Positions 1-9,752 of a stretch of 64,000 bases of DNA are shown in pieces. Within the stretch, counting starts at the first letter, position 1; each line of letters starts with the position of its first letter. Under the pieces are notes generated by a model that was not told where the DNA came from, made no database searches, and was given only the letters and a program-made list of their open reading frames with translations. Position numbers and translations under genes: made by a program. Source of the DNA: Nitrosopumilus sp. (GTDB taxonomy: Archaea; Thermoproteota; Nitrososphaeria; Nitrososphaerales; Nitrosopumilaceae); assembly GCA_965197525.1 (NCBI GenBank), contig OZ240211.1, positions 1,088,001 to 1,152,000 on the forward strand, written 5' to 3'.

Positions 1-2
1 CC

Positions 3-587
3 ATGCATCTCCAAACACCACAGGAGGTGTTGCGTTTTAACGTATACCAAACAGTCTCTCGTTCAATAGTAACATCCATGGGAACTGCTTTGGAATACAT
101 GATAGCTGACAGTGGCGGCAGAAGAGGAAGACGTGGCGAATGGTATGACGTGGTAAAAAAGCAAGATAATCAAACCTATTGGATACAAGTAAAAAGCGGC
201 CCCAATAACATAGACAAGGATCAGGTAATTGCATTTAACAGAAGGTTTTCTGAGACGGCAAAGTCACAAAAAAACCATCCTAGGCTAGGTATAACATACG
301 GCAGGCCGAATCTGAAAACTGTGTCATTGGGCCTAGTCAAAAAATACATGGATGATTGGGAAGAGAGGCTCTTGGTGGGAAGAGAATTGTGGGATTTTAT
401 GAGTGGGGAGAAAGACTATCACAAAAAAGTTCTGTCATGGATAGAAAAGGCTGTAGTGGCGGATCTCAAATCTGAGTCCATAGACAGCATGATCCAAAAA
501 GCCATCAAGAGACTGACTGGTGAATTCAAATCAAAGTATGGGAATGGTAAACAGGGCGTCCAAAAGTATCTGGACAGCATAATCTGA
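3..587 (+). CDS. Type II restriction endonuclease, PD-(D/E)xK fold (5' end probably outside the window)
   Basis: WYDVVKKQDNQTYWIQVKSGP resembles a PD-(D/E)xK catalytic core; upstream of a C5 methyltransferase on the same strand. Confidence 0.6.
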   Translation: MHLQTPQEVLRFNVYQTVSRSIVTSMGTALEYMIADSGGRRGRRGEWYDVVKKQDNQTYWIQVKSGPNNIDKDQVIAFNRRFSETAKSQKNHPRLGITYGRPNLKTVSLGLVKKYMDDWEERLLVGRELWDFMSGEKDYHKKVLSWIEKAVVADLKSESIDSMIQKAIKRLTGEFKSKYGNGKQGVQKYLDSII

Positions 588-619
588 ACAACAGGTAACT
601 AGCACGTTTATCACAAATA

Positions 620-782
620 TGGAAACAAGGATAGCATACCTAATCCTATTCCAATGGGCCGACAGAATTGCTAGAGGCAGGTCATCTTTGTTCCTAATGG
701 GATGAAGAGAATATAACCAGATCCCGAGTTCTATAATGGGACATACGAGTATCTCAAAAAAGTTGGTTTTAGCGAAATATAA
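620..782 (+). pseudogene. 3' remnant of a DUF2075 (Schlafen group 3-like helicase) gene
   Basis: Stitching frames over 681-782 gives VIFVPNG(D)EENITRS(P)EFYNGTYEYLKKVGFSEI*, matching the C-terminus I recall for this family; frameshifted, with no 5' part. Confidence 0.5.
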
Positions 783-871
783 GCAACACCTGCGATCCAT
801 TCAGATCGGGTTATTGTACAATGCCCTTCTTTTATTAAGACTTTTATCGTTATCAATACGATCATACTATA

Positions 872-2053
872 ATGTCCACGCAAAAGACTCAAAGCAGACG
901 CAGGCGACAGAACCTACATACTCTCAAACCGTCAATAATATCCTTGTTTACCTGTGGAATGGGCTTGGATATTGGTTTTGAAAAGGCGGGGTTTTCAACT
1001 AGATACGCCAATGACATTACAAAGTTTGCCTGTAATACAATAAGGATTAACAAGCCAGATATCCCATGTGATGAAGGAGATATTACCGATATACCATCTG
1101 AGGAGATACTCAAAAAGGCATCAATGAAAAGTGGCTATGTTGATGTGGTAATAGGAGGACCTCCATGCCAGTCATTTTCCACTGCAGGCAAGAGAAGAGG
1201 GTTTGATGACAAGCGAGGGTTTGCCCTGCTGCAATATCTGAGAATTATTAATGATGTAAAACCAAAGTTTTTTGTATTTGAGAATGTACCCGGACTGCTC
1301 TCAGCTGCCAAGAAACACATATCATTTTATGACAGGATGTCATCTGATCGAAAGATTACCAAAGAACAGAGATACGGCTCATTGTTCGAAGACGTGGTAA
1401 AAGAGTTTCAAAAAATGCACGAGTACCAGATAGAGTGGAAGCTGCTTAATGCAGCAGATTATGGCGTTCCCCAGAAACGCAAGAGGCTCATACTGATAGG
1501 TTCTAGAACAACGGATCCGAGACTAGTATTTGAGACAATTCAACGAGCGGCCAAGTTTGCAGATCCAGAACATGCAGAACAGGCAGGTAAAAAGCCGTGG
1601 AGAACGCTCAGAGATGCACTAGACGGTCTGGATGATGTAGAAGAGGAGCATGTTGACTTTCCCAAGTGGGGAAAGTATCTCAAGTATGTTCCTGCAGGTG
1701 GTTGTTGGATAAACCTGCCAGAACGCCTCAAAAAAGAGGCGATGGGAGGTGCTGCCGATTCCTCTGATCCAAAAAAGAAGGGAAAGCAAGGAGGACGTCG
1801 TGGATTCTATAGACGGCTGTCATGGGATGCCCCTGCCCCGACACTTGTAACGTCTCCAGCACAGCTTGGAAGCTGCATATGTCATCCAGATAAATGTCGA
1901 CCACTTACGGTGAAAGAATATTCAAGATTACAGGGATTCCCAGACACATGGAACTTTGTGGGGTCAACTACTCAAAAATACAGAATGATAGGGGAGGCAG
2001 TTCCGGTGGATCTTGCAAAAGCTATAGCCACTGCAATAAAGAAATTCCTCTAG
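872..2053 (+). CDS. DNA (cytosine-5)-methyltransferase of the type II R-M pair
   Basis: Motifs I (LFTCGMG, variant), IV (GGPPCQSFS), VI (ENV), VIII (QKRKR), IX-X (RLQGFPD...GEAVP). Target-recognition region GFYRRLSWDAPAPTLVT resembles the M.SinI/M.Eco47II type as recalled. Confidence 0.95.
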   Translation: MSTQKTQSRRRRQNLHTLKPSIISLFTCGMGLDIGFEKAGFSTRYANDITKFACNTIRINKPDIPCDEGDITDIPSEEILKKASMKSGYVDVVIGGPPCQSFSTAGKRRGFDDKRGFALLQYLRIINDVKPKFFVFENVPGLLSAAKKHISFYDRMSSDRKITKEQRYGSLFEDVVKEFQKMHEYQIEWKLLNAADYGVPQKRKRLILIGSRTTDPRLVFETIQRAAKFADPEHAEQAGKKPWRTLRDALDGLDDVEEEHVDFPKWGKYLKYVPAGGCWINLPERLKKEAMGGAADSSDPKKKGKQGGRRGFYRRLSWDAPAPTLVTSPAQLGSCICHPDKCRPLTVKEYSRLQGFPDTWNFVGSTTQKYRMIGEAVPVDLAKAIATAIKKFL

Positions 2054-2310
2054 TTATTGATTTTGTTAAATTATTACGAATAGTTATAGAATTTGACCCA
2101 AACATGTAGATGGAATTTGTAAATTTTTAATTGTGTGTTTTTACAAATCGTCATATCTTAAATCTTTTTCATCTTCATCTATATCTATAGAGATTATGGG
2201 TAATCTAGATTATGCATAATTTATTCAAATCTAACAGTTGATTAATTTTAATACTAGGACAAATATTGATGATCATTTAGTTCTATATCATACTAAACCA
2301 ACGCTAGTGC

Positions 2311-3576
2311 ATGTCAAATCCATCTAAGATCAAGATGCTGCAAGATGCGCTCGCACAGTCCAAAAACGAAAACAAAAGACTAGAGATGGTTGTAGGGCAA
2401 AAGGACAAAGAGATAGAGCGGGTTGTAGGGCAAAAGGACAAGCTAGAGATAGTTGTAGGGCAAAAGGACAAAGAGTTGAGCTTTGAGCACAGCTTGTGGA
2501 AAACCAGACATAATACCAACATACAAGCAAGCCCGGAAAATGCCGCGCTGTTGCACAGACTTGAGACACTAGATGGCATAATAAATAACAAGAAACTGCT
2601 TCGTGGAGTAACATCGCTTAGCAAAGAAGTGTTTGAATATTTACTAGATAATTTTGAGAAGGAAATCAAAAAGTTCAAAGATGCACCGTTATTTCGTAAC
2701 AACGAGTCAAGAGCAGAAGATCCCGGCAACCGTTGTAAACTCTATCCAAGACATGCACTTCTCATGTGTCTGATACGCTTCAAGGGCAATCGGACACAGG
2801 AAGACCTAGCGGCATTCTTTGGGATAGACCAGTCTAGCGTATGCGATTATCTCAAGTTCTGCAACAAGATACTTGGCATTATACTTCCAACACCACACAA
2901 GATCTCAAAGGCGATATCAAATTGCAAGACTGCAGGTGAACTAAAAGAGTTTATATCTGGAAATGGTGCAGGGGTGCTACTAGTCGATGGCACTCACATA
3001 CCAGTACTTCGTTCAGGTGACAAGGATAGAAGAAAAGAGACGTATTCAGGCAAGAAGAAGAGGCACACGTTAAACACCACCATAACAACTGCTACAAACA
3101 ACATCATACTAGGACTAGGCAATACCGTAGTAGGCAAGACACACGACCTGACACTGCTCAAGGAGGATTCGCTTCCGTTTGGCAGATGGGCTAAAAAAAT
3201 GTATGACGGGGACACCCCCGCAAAAGAGAAATTCACAGTGTACATGGATCTGGGATATCTTGGGATACAAAATGCTATTCCCGGTGCAAACGTAATCATG
3301 CCTCACAAGAGACCGCGCAGGAAAAAAGGAGAAAAGAAGAGAGGCAAGCTGACAGCTGTACAAAAAAAGCACAACAAAAATGTCAGCAGTATCAGGGTGA
3401 CAGTAGAGAATAGTGTCGGCAGGCTCAAACAGTATGCCAGGATGAGTGATCCGTATGATGGCACGGAAGATGAGCTCAACTGTGAGATGAATATCGTTGC
3501 AGGCTTGGTAAACTTGCACCTGATGATGACACTTCACAGAGGAAGTGCCAGGATGCGCAAAAGATTCTGTGGTTAA
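2311..3576 (+). CDS. IS5-family DDE transposase
   Basis: DDE triad context LLVDGTHIPV / YMDLGYLG / RVTVENSVGRLKQY; HTH-like TQEDLAAFFGIDQSSV. Confidence 0.9.
   Translation: MSNPSKIKMLQDALAQSKNENKRLEMVVGQKDKEIERVVGQKDKLEIVVGQKDKELSFEHSLWKTRHNTNIQASPENAALLHRLETLDGIINNKKLLRGVTSLSKEVFEYLLDNFEKEIKKFKDAPLFRNNESRAEDPGNRCKLYPRHALLMCLIRFKGNRTQEDLAAFFGIDQSSVCDYLKFCNKILGIILPTPHKISKAISNCKTAGELKEFISGNGAGVLLVDGTHIPVLRSGDKDRRKETYSGKKKRHTLNTTITTATNNIILGLGNTVVGKTHDLTLLKEDSLPFGRWAKKMYDGDTPAKEKFTVYMDLGYLGIQNAIPGANVIMPHKRPRRKKGEKKRGKLTAVQKKHNKNVSSIRVTVENSVGRLKQYARMSDPYDGTEDELNCEMNIVAGLVNLHLMMTLHRGSARMRKRFCG
2389..2471 (+). repeat. Three copies of GTTGTAGGGCAAAAGGACAA in the transposase N-terminus
   Basis: Exact 20-mers at 2389, 2422 and 2452 (spacing 33 and 30 bp), encoding VVGQKDK three times. 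Confidence 0.9.
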
Positions 3577-4047
3577 TACAAGGGCTGCAACGATGTCGCC
3601 ATACCAATGACACAACAATTACCGCGCACCTGACGTGCCGTATGCCTGCGCAGGTTGTTTTGGTTTTTTTCGTTTCTATATACATATATGTAGACTTTTT
3701 ATCACAAATTGTTTTATTGTTTACACATATGTTACTAAAAAATGTAATACACATATATTATAATCGATTACCCATAATCTCTATTGTAAAGATAGACACT
3801 ATTATTACTATTATGATACTTGGTATTATGATAGAAATCGATTTCATATGCTAGATTAATTGTATGACGGTATAAAGTAATAGTTTGTACACCGGTTCTG
3901 TAAAGTTATAGAGACCTGAATTTTGTTGATTTAGGTTATGCCAAGTTATCACGTGCTGATGGCTAAACCTTGGTCATGTTTCAAAGCAATTAAGGCACCC
4001 CTTGTTCATCTTGTATCTTGTTGTTGTTGTTTTTTTTCATGCTCTAG

Positions 4048-4233
4048 TCACTCTTTCTTTTTCTTGAATACAGCTATCCATTCTCCGTTTACCTTGTCAA
4101 CCTTCCAATCCAATTTTTGGCCCTCTGCCAATCCCAATTGTTCAACGACAAAGACAGGTATGGTCGTCCTCAACGATCTGCTCTCTGATCTCGCCGATGC
4201 AATCGTAGTCTCTGTTCCTATTCCTCTTCCCAT
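4048..4233 (-). CDS. AbrB/MazE/SpoVT-family small DNA-binding protein
   Basis: SLRTTIPVFVVEQLGLAEGQKLDWKV fits the swapped-hairpin pattern. Confidence 0.75.
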   Translation of the reverse strand: MGRGIGTETTIASARSESRSLRTTIPVFVVEQLGLAEGQKLDWKVDKVNGEWIAVFKKKKE

Positions 4234-4329
4234 ATAGGTAAATTAACCCTCATGGTTATTAATCGACCTATAATTATAATCTACCTATAAATCGACCAAT
4301 AGTTATATATACCTATTAATGCACCTATA
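4233..4329. promoter_or_regulatory. Putative operator array (ACCTATA-like repeats) upstream of the AbrB-like gene
   Basis: ACCTATA at 4266, 4283 and 4323; near copies at 4295 (ACCAATA) and 4311 (ACCTATT); an inverted copy at 4233-4239 overlaps the start codon. Confidence 0.35.
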
Positions 4330-4453
4330 GTATGAAAAGAACTGCAGTGATGAAAAAAATAATCATAGGTGCGGGAACACCCATGATGAAGCCTGTTATC
4401 TCTGAGCAATCTTTTCTTTCCCATCTTATAATTTTTGAGGTGTCGTACCTATA

Positions 4454-4780
4454 TGTGGAATACAAAAAGCGGTTCCCCCTTCCACATTATTTGACATGAT
4501 ATTCCTCCCATCCTTCTCTCTCTCTCCCTATTTGCTTGCCAACCACGATTTCTTCTCTAGGCGGCATCTTACGTATGAACACATGTGCAAGAGTCTCACT
4601 TTCTTAGTCTACATCAAGAGACATGTATGGTCTTCTGTGGTTGTACCACCACTCCAGAAACAGATTCACGGGATCACTCTTACGCATCATGATTGCTTCA
4701 AACTCTGGCAGTTTGTGCTGAATCTTGCCGTACAGCCTCCCAGCTTGCAGTTTATCTGTGGATGACTGACATCATCTGCA
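4454..4780 (-). mobile_element. IS481-like (integrase-core) 3' remnant with terminus
   Basis: Frameshifted minus-strand peptides SHPQINCKL / RLYGKIQHKLPEF / WYNHRRPYMSLD / FIRKMPP; ends in TGTGGAA on the + strand (TGT...ACA-type end). Confidence 0.65.
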
Positions 4781-4910
4781 AACCTATTTCACGTTGTACT
4801 AGCAAAAAAAAAATCAATCACTCCTTGATGCGTTAAAACACAAGTAGCCGTTAACGCCAGTTGTTGGTTCATATATGCAAAGATAATGATGATGGTTCAG
4901 ATACCATGAC

Positions 4911-5822
4911 TTATTTGCTTTGACTGGATGGCTGCAGCTGGCCTAGCAATACATTCAATCCTGTAGTTGACGCATCTTGATATATCTCTTCCATCACAAA
5001 CATAAAATTCTCTTCACTCTTCCAAAATGGAAAACTACCGAGCTGTTTTGGTAATGCAGCTGATATTGCGGGAATGTGCGCAAGTTCCGAATAGTTTCTC
5101 TCTTGACTCTTCTTGCCCCAGAACTCTTTGGGATCCACAGATAACGGCTCTGGCTGTAAATTATCTGTAATCTGCCCAGGAGATGATTTGTGAGTTAATT
5201 TACTGTCAGATGATTCGGCTCCTGCCATTGGACTAAATCCTGCCATATCCAGAATATCCTTTCGTGACGCTCCCCTTAATTTGAATATAAGGAAGGGATC
5301 ACGATCAAACTCCTCGCCTAGGAGAAAATATACGGCAGCTATATGCTTACACGGATTTGACCAATCTGGACAGTTACAAGAAGTACGTAGATCCGCGCTT
5401 TTGTCTGGAAACAGTGAGAGACCATTGTCTTTGAATATCTCCTCTATATTCTCCGGCATCTGTCCTGCCAACAACTTGGCTGCCAATACAGGCTGTGTAA
5501 ATAATTTCTTGGCCAGACTTTTCCAGTCTGCCACACTCAACGTCTTGACTTTGATACTTATACGGTATGGCTCTCTAAAGGAGCCTTGTACCTTTGCAGT
5601 AGCTGCCCCGTTCTTTATACTCACTGACAGCACCTGTCCTTTGCGCGCATAGGTTCTACCACGATCTAGTCTTGCACCAATATCAAAACTGTTTAGAACT
5701 TGAATCCAGCGCTTGGCCCACCAATTCTGACCGAATTCTCCGTATCTTGACTGTGCCTTGATACCGCCTTTGGCAGTACGTGGCTTGGATCGTTTATAAT
5801 ATTCATAATATCCGTATGACAT
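4911..5822 (-). CDS. SWIM zinc-finger protein (partner of SNF2 ATPase)
   Basis: SCNCPDWSNPCKHIAAV (CxC...CxH SWIM motif); N-terminal RLDRGRTYAR motif; 4 bp downstream of the SNF2 gene. Confidence 0.9.
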   Translation of the reverse strand: MSYGYYEYYKRSKPRTAKGGIKAQSRYGEFGQNWWAKRWIQVLNSFDIGARLDRGRTYARKGQVLSVSIKNGAATAKVQGSFREPYRISIKVKTLSVADWKSLAKKLFTQPVLAAKLLAGQMPENIEEIFKDNGLSLFPDKSADLRTSCNCPDWSNPCKHIAAVYFLLGEEFDRDPFLIFKLRGASRKDILDMAGFSPMAGAESSDSKLTHKSSPGQITDNLQPEPLSVDPKEFWGKKSQERNYSELAHIPAISAALPKQLGSFPFWKSEENFMFVMEEIYQDASTTGLNVLLGQLQPSSQSK

Positions 5823-5826
5823 GTTG

Positions 5827-8800
5827 CTACGCTCCTACTACCTCTTCCTTGTTTAGAGTCAAAATATCTCTTAGATCGTCATCTGAGAGCTCAGTCAACC
5901 AGCCCTCTCCGGTACCGACGACCTTTTCAGCAACTTGTTTTTTTAGTTCAATCATCTCGTCAATCTTTTCTTCTAGTGTTCCTGCACATACAAATTTATG
6001 GACTTGGACGTTCTGTTTCTGGCCTATTCGAAACGCTCGATCAGTTGCCTGATTCTCAACTGCAGGGTTCCACCAGCGATCAAAGTGAAAGACATGGTTT
6101 GCGGCAGTCAAGTTCAATCCTGTACCGCCTGCCTTCAATGAGAGGATAAATATCTGCGGTCCATCCTCATCATCATTCTGAAAACGTTCTACCATCTTGT
6201 CACGCTTGCCCCTTGGTACGCCCCCGTGAAGAAACAGTACCTCTTGTCCGAACATCTCTTGCATATGCTGCTTTAACATGTGGCCCATCTCGGCAAACTG
6301 ACTGAATATCAATGCCCTATCCCCTGACTCTACGACCTCTTCGAGCATCTCTGTCAGTCTTGCTAGTTTGCCTGATCGGTTGGCTATACTAGAATTATCT
6401 TTTAGAAACTGCGCAGGATGATTACAGACCTGTTTGAGTTTGGATAACGCGCTTAGTATCATTCCTTTTCGCTGTATGCCTTCAACCGAATCCAGGGCCG
6501 CCTCTATCTCTTTAGTAATTGACGTGTATAACGTGGTCTGCTCTGCTGTCAATGAACAAAAGACCTTCATCTCCATCTTCTTTGGAAGATCCGATATGAC
6601 GGATTTATCCGTTTTGAGTCTTCGAAGGATAAACGGTCCTGTGGCACGCTTGAGTTGTTTTACTGCATCGTGATCCTGTTGTGTTTGAATTGGCGTGAAA
6701 AAGTTGCGTTTAAACTCTGTTTGGGTGCCCAAGAGTCCGGGATTTAAGAAATCCATAATAGACCACAGGTCCCCTACGTTATTTTCTACAGGCGTTCCTG
6801 TCAGTGCAAAGCGATAGTTAGCCTTTAGCAACCGTGCAGCCCTTGCCTGTCTGGTCTCGGGATTTTTGATGTTCTGCGCCTCATCAAGTATTACGCCATT
6901 CCATGACATCTTCTTGAGGAATTCTATATCACGTTGAATCAACCCATAACTGGATAGCACTATAGCATGTTTTTTTGCAGCTTTTTTAAATGATGCTCCG
7001 TGACTCCTGTCCATACCATGATGAACAAGCACCGGAAGTTCTGGAGTAAACCGTGCGGCCTCTTTTTGCCAGTTGTTTATTACCGATGTAGGACAGACGA
7101 TAAGTGTAGGCTGTCTCTTGCTTTTCTGCCAGGATTGATACACAAGTGCCAGTATCTGGACTGTCTTACCAAGACCCATGTCATCTGCCAGACAGCCTCC
7201 CAGACCCCATTGTTGCAGAAACGAGAGCCATGAATAACCTTTAATCTGGTATGGTCTGAGTGTACCTGAGAATTTATCTGGTTGCTTGAGATTCTTGAAT
7301 TCCGTAGTTCCATCCAACTGATTCAATACGTCTGCAATCCAACCAGTGGATTTGACGCCTTCAAAGTCCAGTTCATATGATGGCGCACCACCGCCCTCTA
7401 ATCCCATATTCATTTGGATAACATCCCCAAGCGTGGTCTTGTTTGCACCCTCTTTCAAAAATTTGATTGCCGTTTGAATCTCTTTATGACTTACCTCTAC
7501 CCACTTACCGCGAATCATAGTCAGCGGAGATTTTATGCTGGCAAGCTCTTCTAGTTCCTTGATTGTCATCTTTTGTTTGCCCATGGCTATCTCCCAGTTA
7601 AACTCAACTAGGGTTTCAAGTGTTAACCCGCTTTTTGCTTTCATCTTGGGATTCTTGACATTGGCATGTACGGTTAGATGCGTTCTTTGCTTTGCGTTTG
7701 TCCACCATGATGGAAGTATGATGCCGTATCCTGCCTGTTCAAGGACGGCAGCTTCTCGGGTAAGAAACTCATATGCTTTGTCTGTGTCAACTGCATGGCC
7801 TGCAAGATTCGAGTCCATCAAACTAGTAGAGATGCTAGGACAAATACCGGATGCTTGGCCAAGTGAGAGCAATAAAAATTCCTTTACATTTGAACCGCTA
7901 CGTTCAAGTATGGTTTTCTTGTTTTTTGCATTCCATACTGTGTCAGCAGGAATAAGAAGACTCTGATCGTCATGAGGTTGTATCAAATATCGTATATACC
8001 ACGTGTTGCCTGCTGTATTTGCGCCTTTTATGGCATCATCATCATCATAGTCTGGTGCCTCTAATCGAAAGCAGAGACGAAAGTTGGATCTAGCAGAGGC
8101 TGTAATTGGCCATTGCCACTCGTTGACATGTGTGACAAGCTGCAAGAGACCCTTGTGACCTTTGTTAATGACTGCTTTTGGGGTTCTCAATGCGTAGAGC
8201 CAGGAATCATGTATGCTATCAAAGCGTTTGCGACGTCTGGATTGCGGCGGTCTATTCTCAGAGGCAGTTGTGCGTACTAGATAGTCTGTCATTGCGGTAA
8301 TAACTTGTTCTAGAACCACGATAGACGGTTTTTGAGACGGTGTGGTTGTACCAATATCTGATAGCGCTCGTCCTACTGCTGGCATGTGTCTTGAGAGTTC
8401 GTCTAGGCGCTTGAAATCATTGCCTACAAAGACAGGAGTCCATAAAGCAGCATGCTCATTGCCTTCATCGGTTATCAGGCTGGGAAGGTATTGCTGTCGT
8501 GCTACTATGGAACCTGCAAAACGTAATACATCTGTCCAGTATGCCAGATCCACACTGACGATCACCCCTGCTGCAATGGTTCTCTTATCCATGGATGCAC
8601 ACAGCAGATCTATGGCCTCTGACATGGATAGTTTACGTACATTTATCATCCACGGTGCTATCTTTGTCTTCGTCTTGGATTCAGGCATCTCAGCTATTAT
8701 CTCACTTGAGGGAATCGGATTGGCTCCGTTAGTTGGTAGCCAAACTAACATTTTATCATCTTGGCTTGGAACTGACTTGAAATCAAATGCAGTCTCCTCT

Positions 8801-8964
8801 AAAGCGCAAGAGATCTCTTCTGCGGTAGCACCAAATGGATACGGTCTTGGATTACGTTTACTTGTTTTCTGTTGCGTCTTTGCAGGATTGGCCTTGTTGT
8901 CTTTTGATGTTTCACCCCAAAGGACTAGTTCTCCATTGCCTTCCCCAACATGAAGTATAATCAT
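5827..8964 (-). CDS. SNF2/SWI2-family ATPase (DEAQ-box helicase-like)
   Basis: LADDMGLGKT (Walker A), ILDEAQNIKN (Walker B), LTGTPVEN, QATDRAFRIGQ (motif VI). Confidence 0.95.
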   Translation of the reverse strand: MIILHVGEGNGELVLWGETSKDNKANPAKTQQKTSKRNPRPYPFGATAEEISCALEETAFDFKSVPSQDDKMLVWLPTNGANPIPSSEIIAEMPESKTKTKIAPWMINVRKLSMSEAIDLLCASMDKRTIAAGVIVSVDLAYWTDVLRFAGSIVARQQYLPSLITDEGNEHAALWTPVFVGNDFKRLDELSRHMPAVGRALSDIGTTTPSQKPSIVVLEQVITAMTDYLVRTTASENRPPQSRRRKRFDSIHDSWLYALRTPKAVINKGHKGLLQLVTHVNEWQWPITASARSNFRLCFRLEAPDYDDDDAIKGANTAGNTWYIRYLIQPHDDQSLLIPADTVWNAKNKKTILERSGSNVKEFLLLSLGQASGICPSISTSLMDSNLAGHAVDTDKAYEFLTREAAVLEQAGYGIILPSWWTNAKQRTHLTVHANVKNPKMKAKSGLTLETLVEFNWEIAMGKQKMTIKELEELASIKSPLTMIRGKWVEVSHKEIQTAIKFLKEGANKTTLGDVIQMNMGLEGGGAPSYELDFEGVKSTGWIADVLNQLDGTTEFKNLKQPDKFSGTLRPYQIKGYSWLSFLQQWGLGGCLADDMGLGKTVQILALVYQSWQKSKRQPTLIVCPTSVINNWQKEAARFTPELPVLVHHGMDRSHGASFKKAAKKHAIVLSSYGLIQRDIEFLKKMSWNGVILDEAQNIKNPETRQARAARLLKANYRFALTGTPVENNVGDLWSIMDFLNPGLLGTQTEFKRNFFTPIQTQQDHDAVKQLKRATGPFILRRLKTDKSVISDLPKKMEMKVFCSLTAEQTTLYTSITKEIEAALDSVEGIQRKGMILSALSKLKQVCNHPAQFLKDNSSIANRSGKLARLTEMLEEVVESGDRALIFSQFAEMGHMLKQHMQEMFGQEVLFLHGGVPRGKRDKMVERFQNDDEDGPQIFILSLKAGGTGLNLTAANHVFHFDRWWNPAVENQATDRAFRIGQKQNVQVHKFVCAGTLEEKIDEMIELKKQVAEKVVGTGEGWLTELSDDDLRDILTLNKEEVVGA

Positions 8965-9026
8965 TTTATTATATACATTGACAATTTACGTACTTAATAT
9001 TTTTTTGGTACGTGTTCACGTCGTGT

Positions 9027-9190
9027 TGTGGAATATGAAAAACAGTTCCCCCTTCCACCTTATTTGACATATTCCTCCCCGGTTTGTTTGTCAACTGCTG
9101 TTTCTCCTCTAGGCGGCATCTTGAGTATGAAGGGCGTGTGAAGATGTTCATGGTATTTGCAATACTAGAAGTGGCCTCTCTCTCTTGTTT
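9027..9190 (-). mobile_element. Second IS481-like 3' remnant, same orientation as 4454-4780
   Basis: Shares TGTGGAATA...TTCCCCCTTCCAC.TTATTTGACAT and CTCTAGGCGGCATCTT with the 4454 copy; encodes FILKMPPRGETAVDKQTG. Confidence 0.55.
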
Positions 9191-9402
9191 TTGTAATATG
9201 ATCATTTACCTTGGATTCATCCAACTTTTTCATCGTACGTATTCTTCGGCTTCCTATATGCTGCCACATCTTAACATAACTTGACTTGACCCACATACCT
9301 GTATTTCTACCAAGTGATAGACTAGTGCGATCTCTGAATCGTTTTGTCCTGTTGGACAGGGGGCGAACTACTTTTTGTACAAGATATTATCAATATCATG
9401 CT

Positions 9403-9654
9403 TCAAACCTTTAAAATTTTGAGCACCTCTTGTAACTCTCTTGGATTTAATGCATACTGTGGGCCATATGAGGTTGGATGCATCAAAATCAGGTTTTGTT
9501 TTACAAGTTTTTTTAACTGCTTCTCAACATCGCCTTTGAGATGAGATGGGAAACCTGTCTTGAGATTCTGCTGGGAAATATGCTTTGCACCAATCCTACG
9601 ATCTAGAAACATCTTTTTTAGAATCTGATTTGACACTTGATCTTGTAAAGTCAA
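9403..9654 (-). CDS. Hypothetical 83-aa basic protein (possible toxin or winged-helix-like)
   Basis: Coherent ORF with a GAKH..NL..GFP.H...PT.YG...LNP pattern that I recall from small archaeal hypotheticals; divergent from an HTH gene. Confidence 0.6.
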   Translation of the reverse strand: MTLQDQVSNQILKKMFLDRRIGAKHISQQNLKTGFPSHLKGDVEKQLKKLVKQNLILMHPTSYGPQYALNPRELQEVLKILKV

Positions 9655-9752
9655 TCCTAGTTAATACAACACTACAGATTATATAACTATGATATAATAT
9701 TTTATATGATATAAGCTAATATTATATAATTAGTTAACGGATTAGAGATAAG

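Larger units (their letters stand above)
2190..3781 (+). mobile_element. Apparently intact IS5-family (ISL2/DDE_Tnp_4-like) insertion sequence
   Basis: Perfect 16-bp terminal inverted repeats GAGATTATGGGTAATC (2190-2205) and GATTACCCATAATCTC (3766-3781), flanked by TA on both sides; encloses one transposase ORF. Confidence 0.85.

Noticed and set aside
8342-8953. Long antisense or overlapping ORFs in the track (e.g. 8342-8953, 17302-17856, 18504-19064, 51226-51732)
   Set aside because: Shadows of strongly supported genes on the opposite strand, with no motifs of their own
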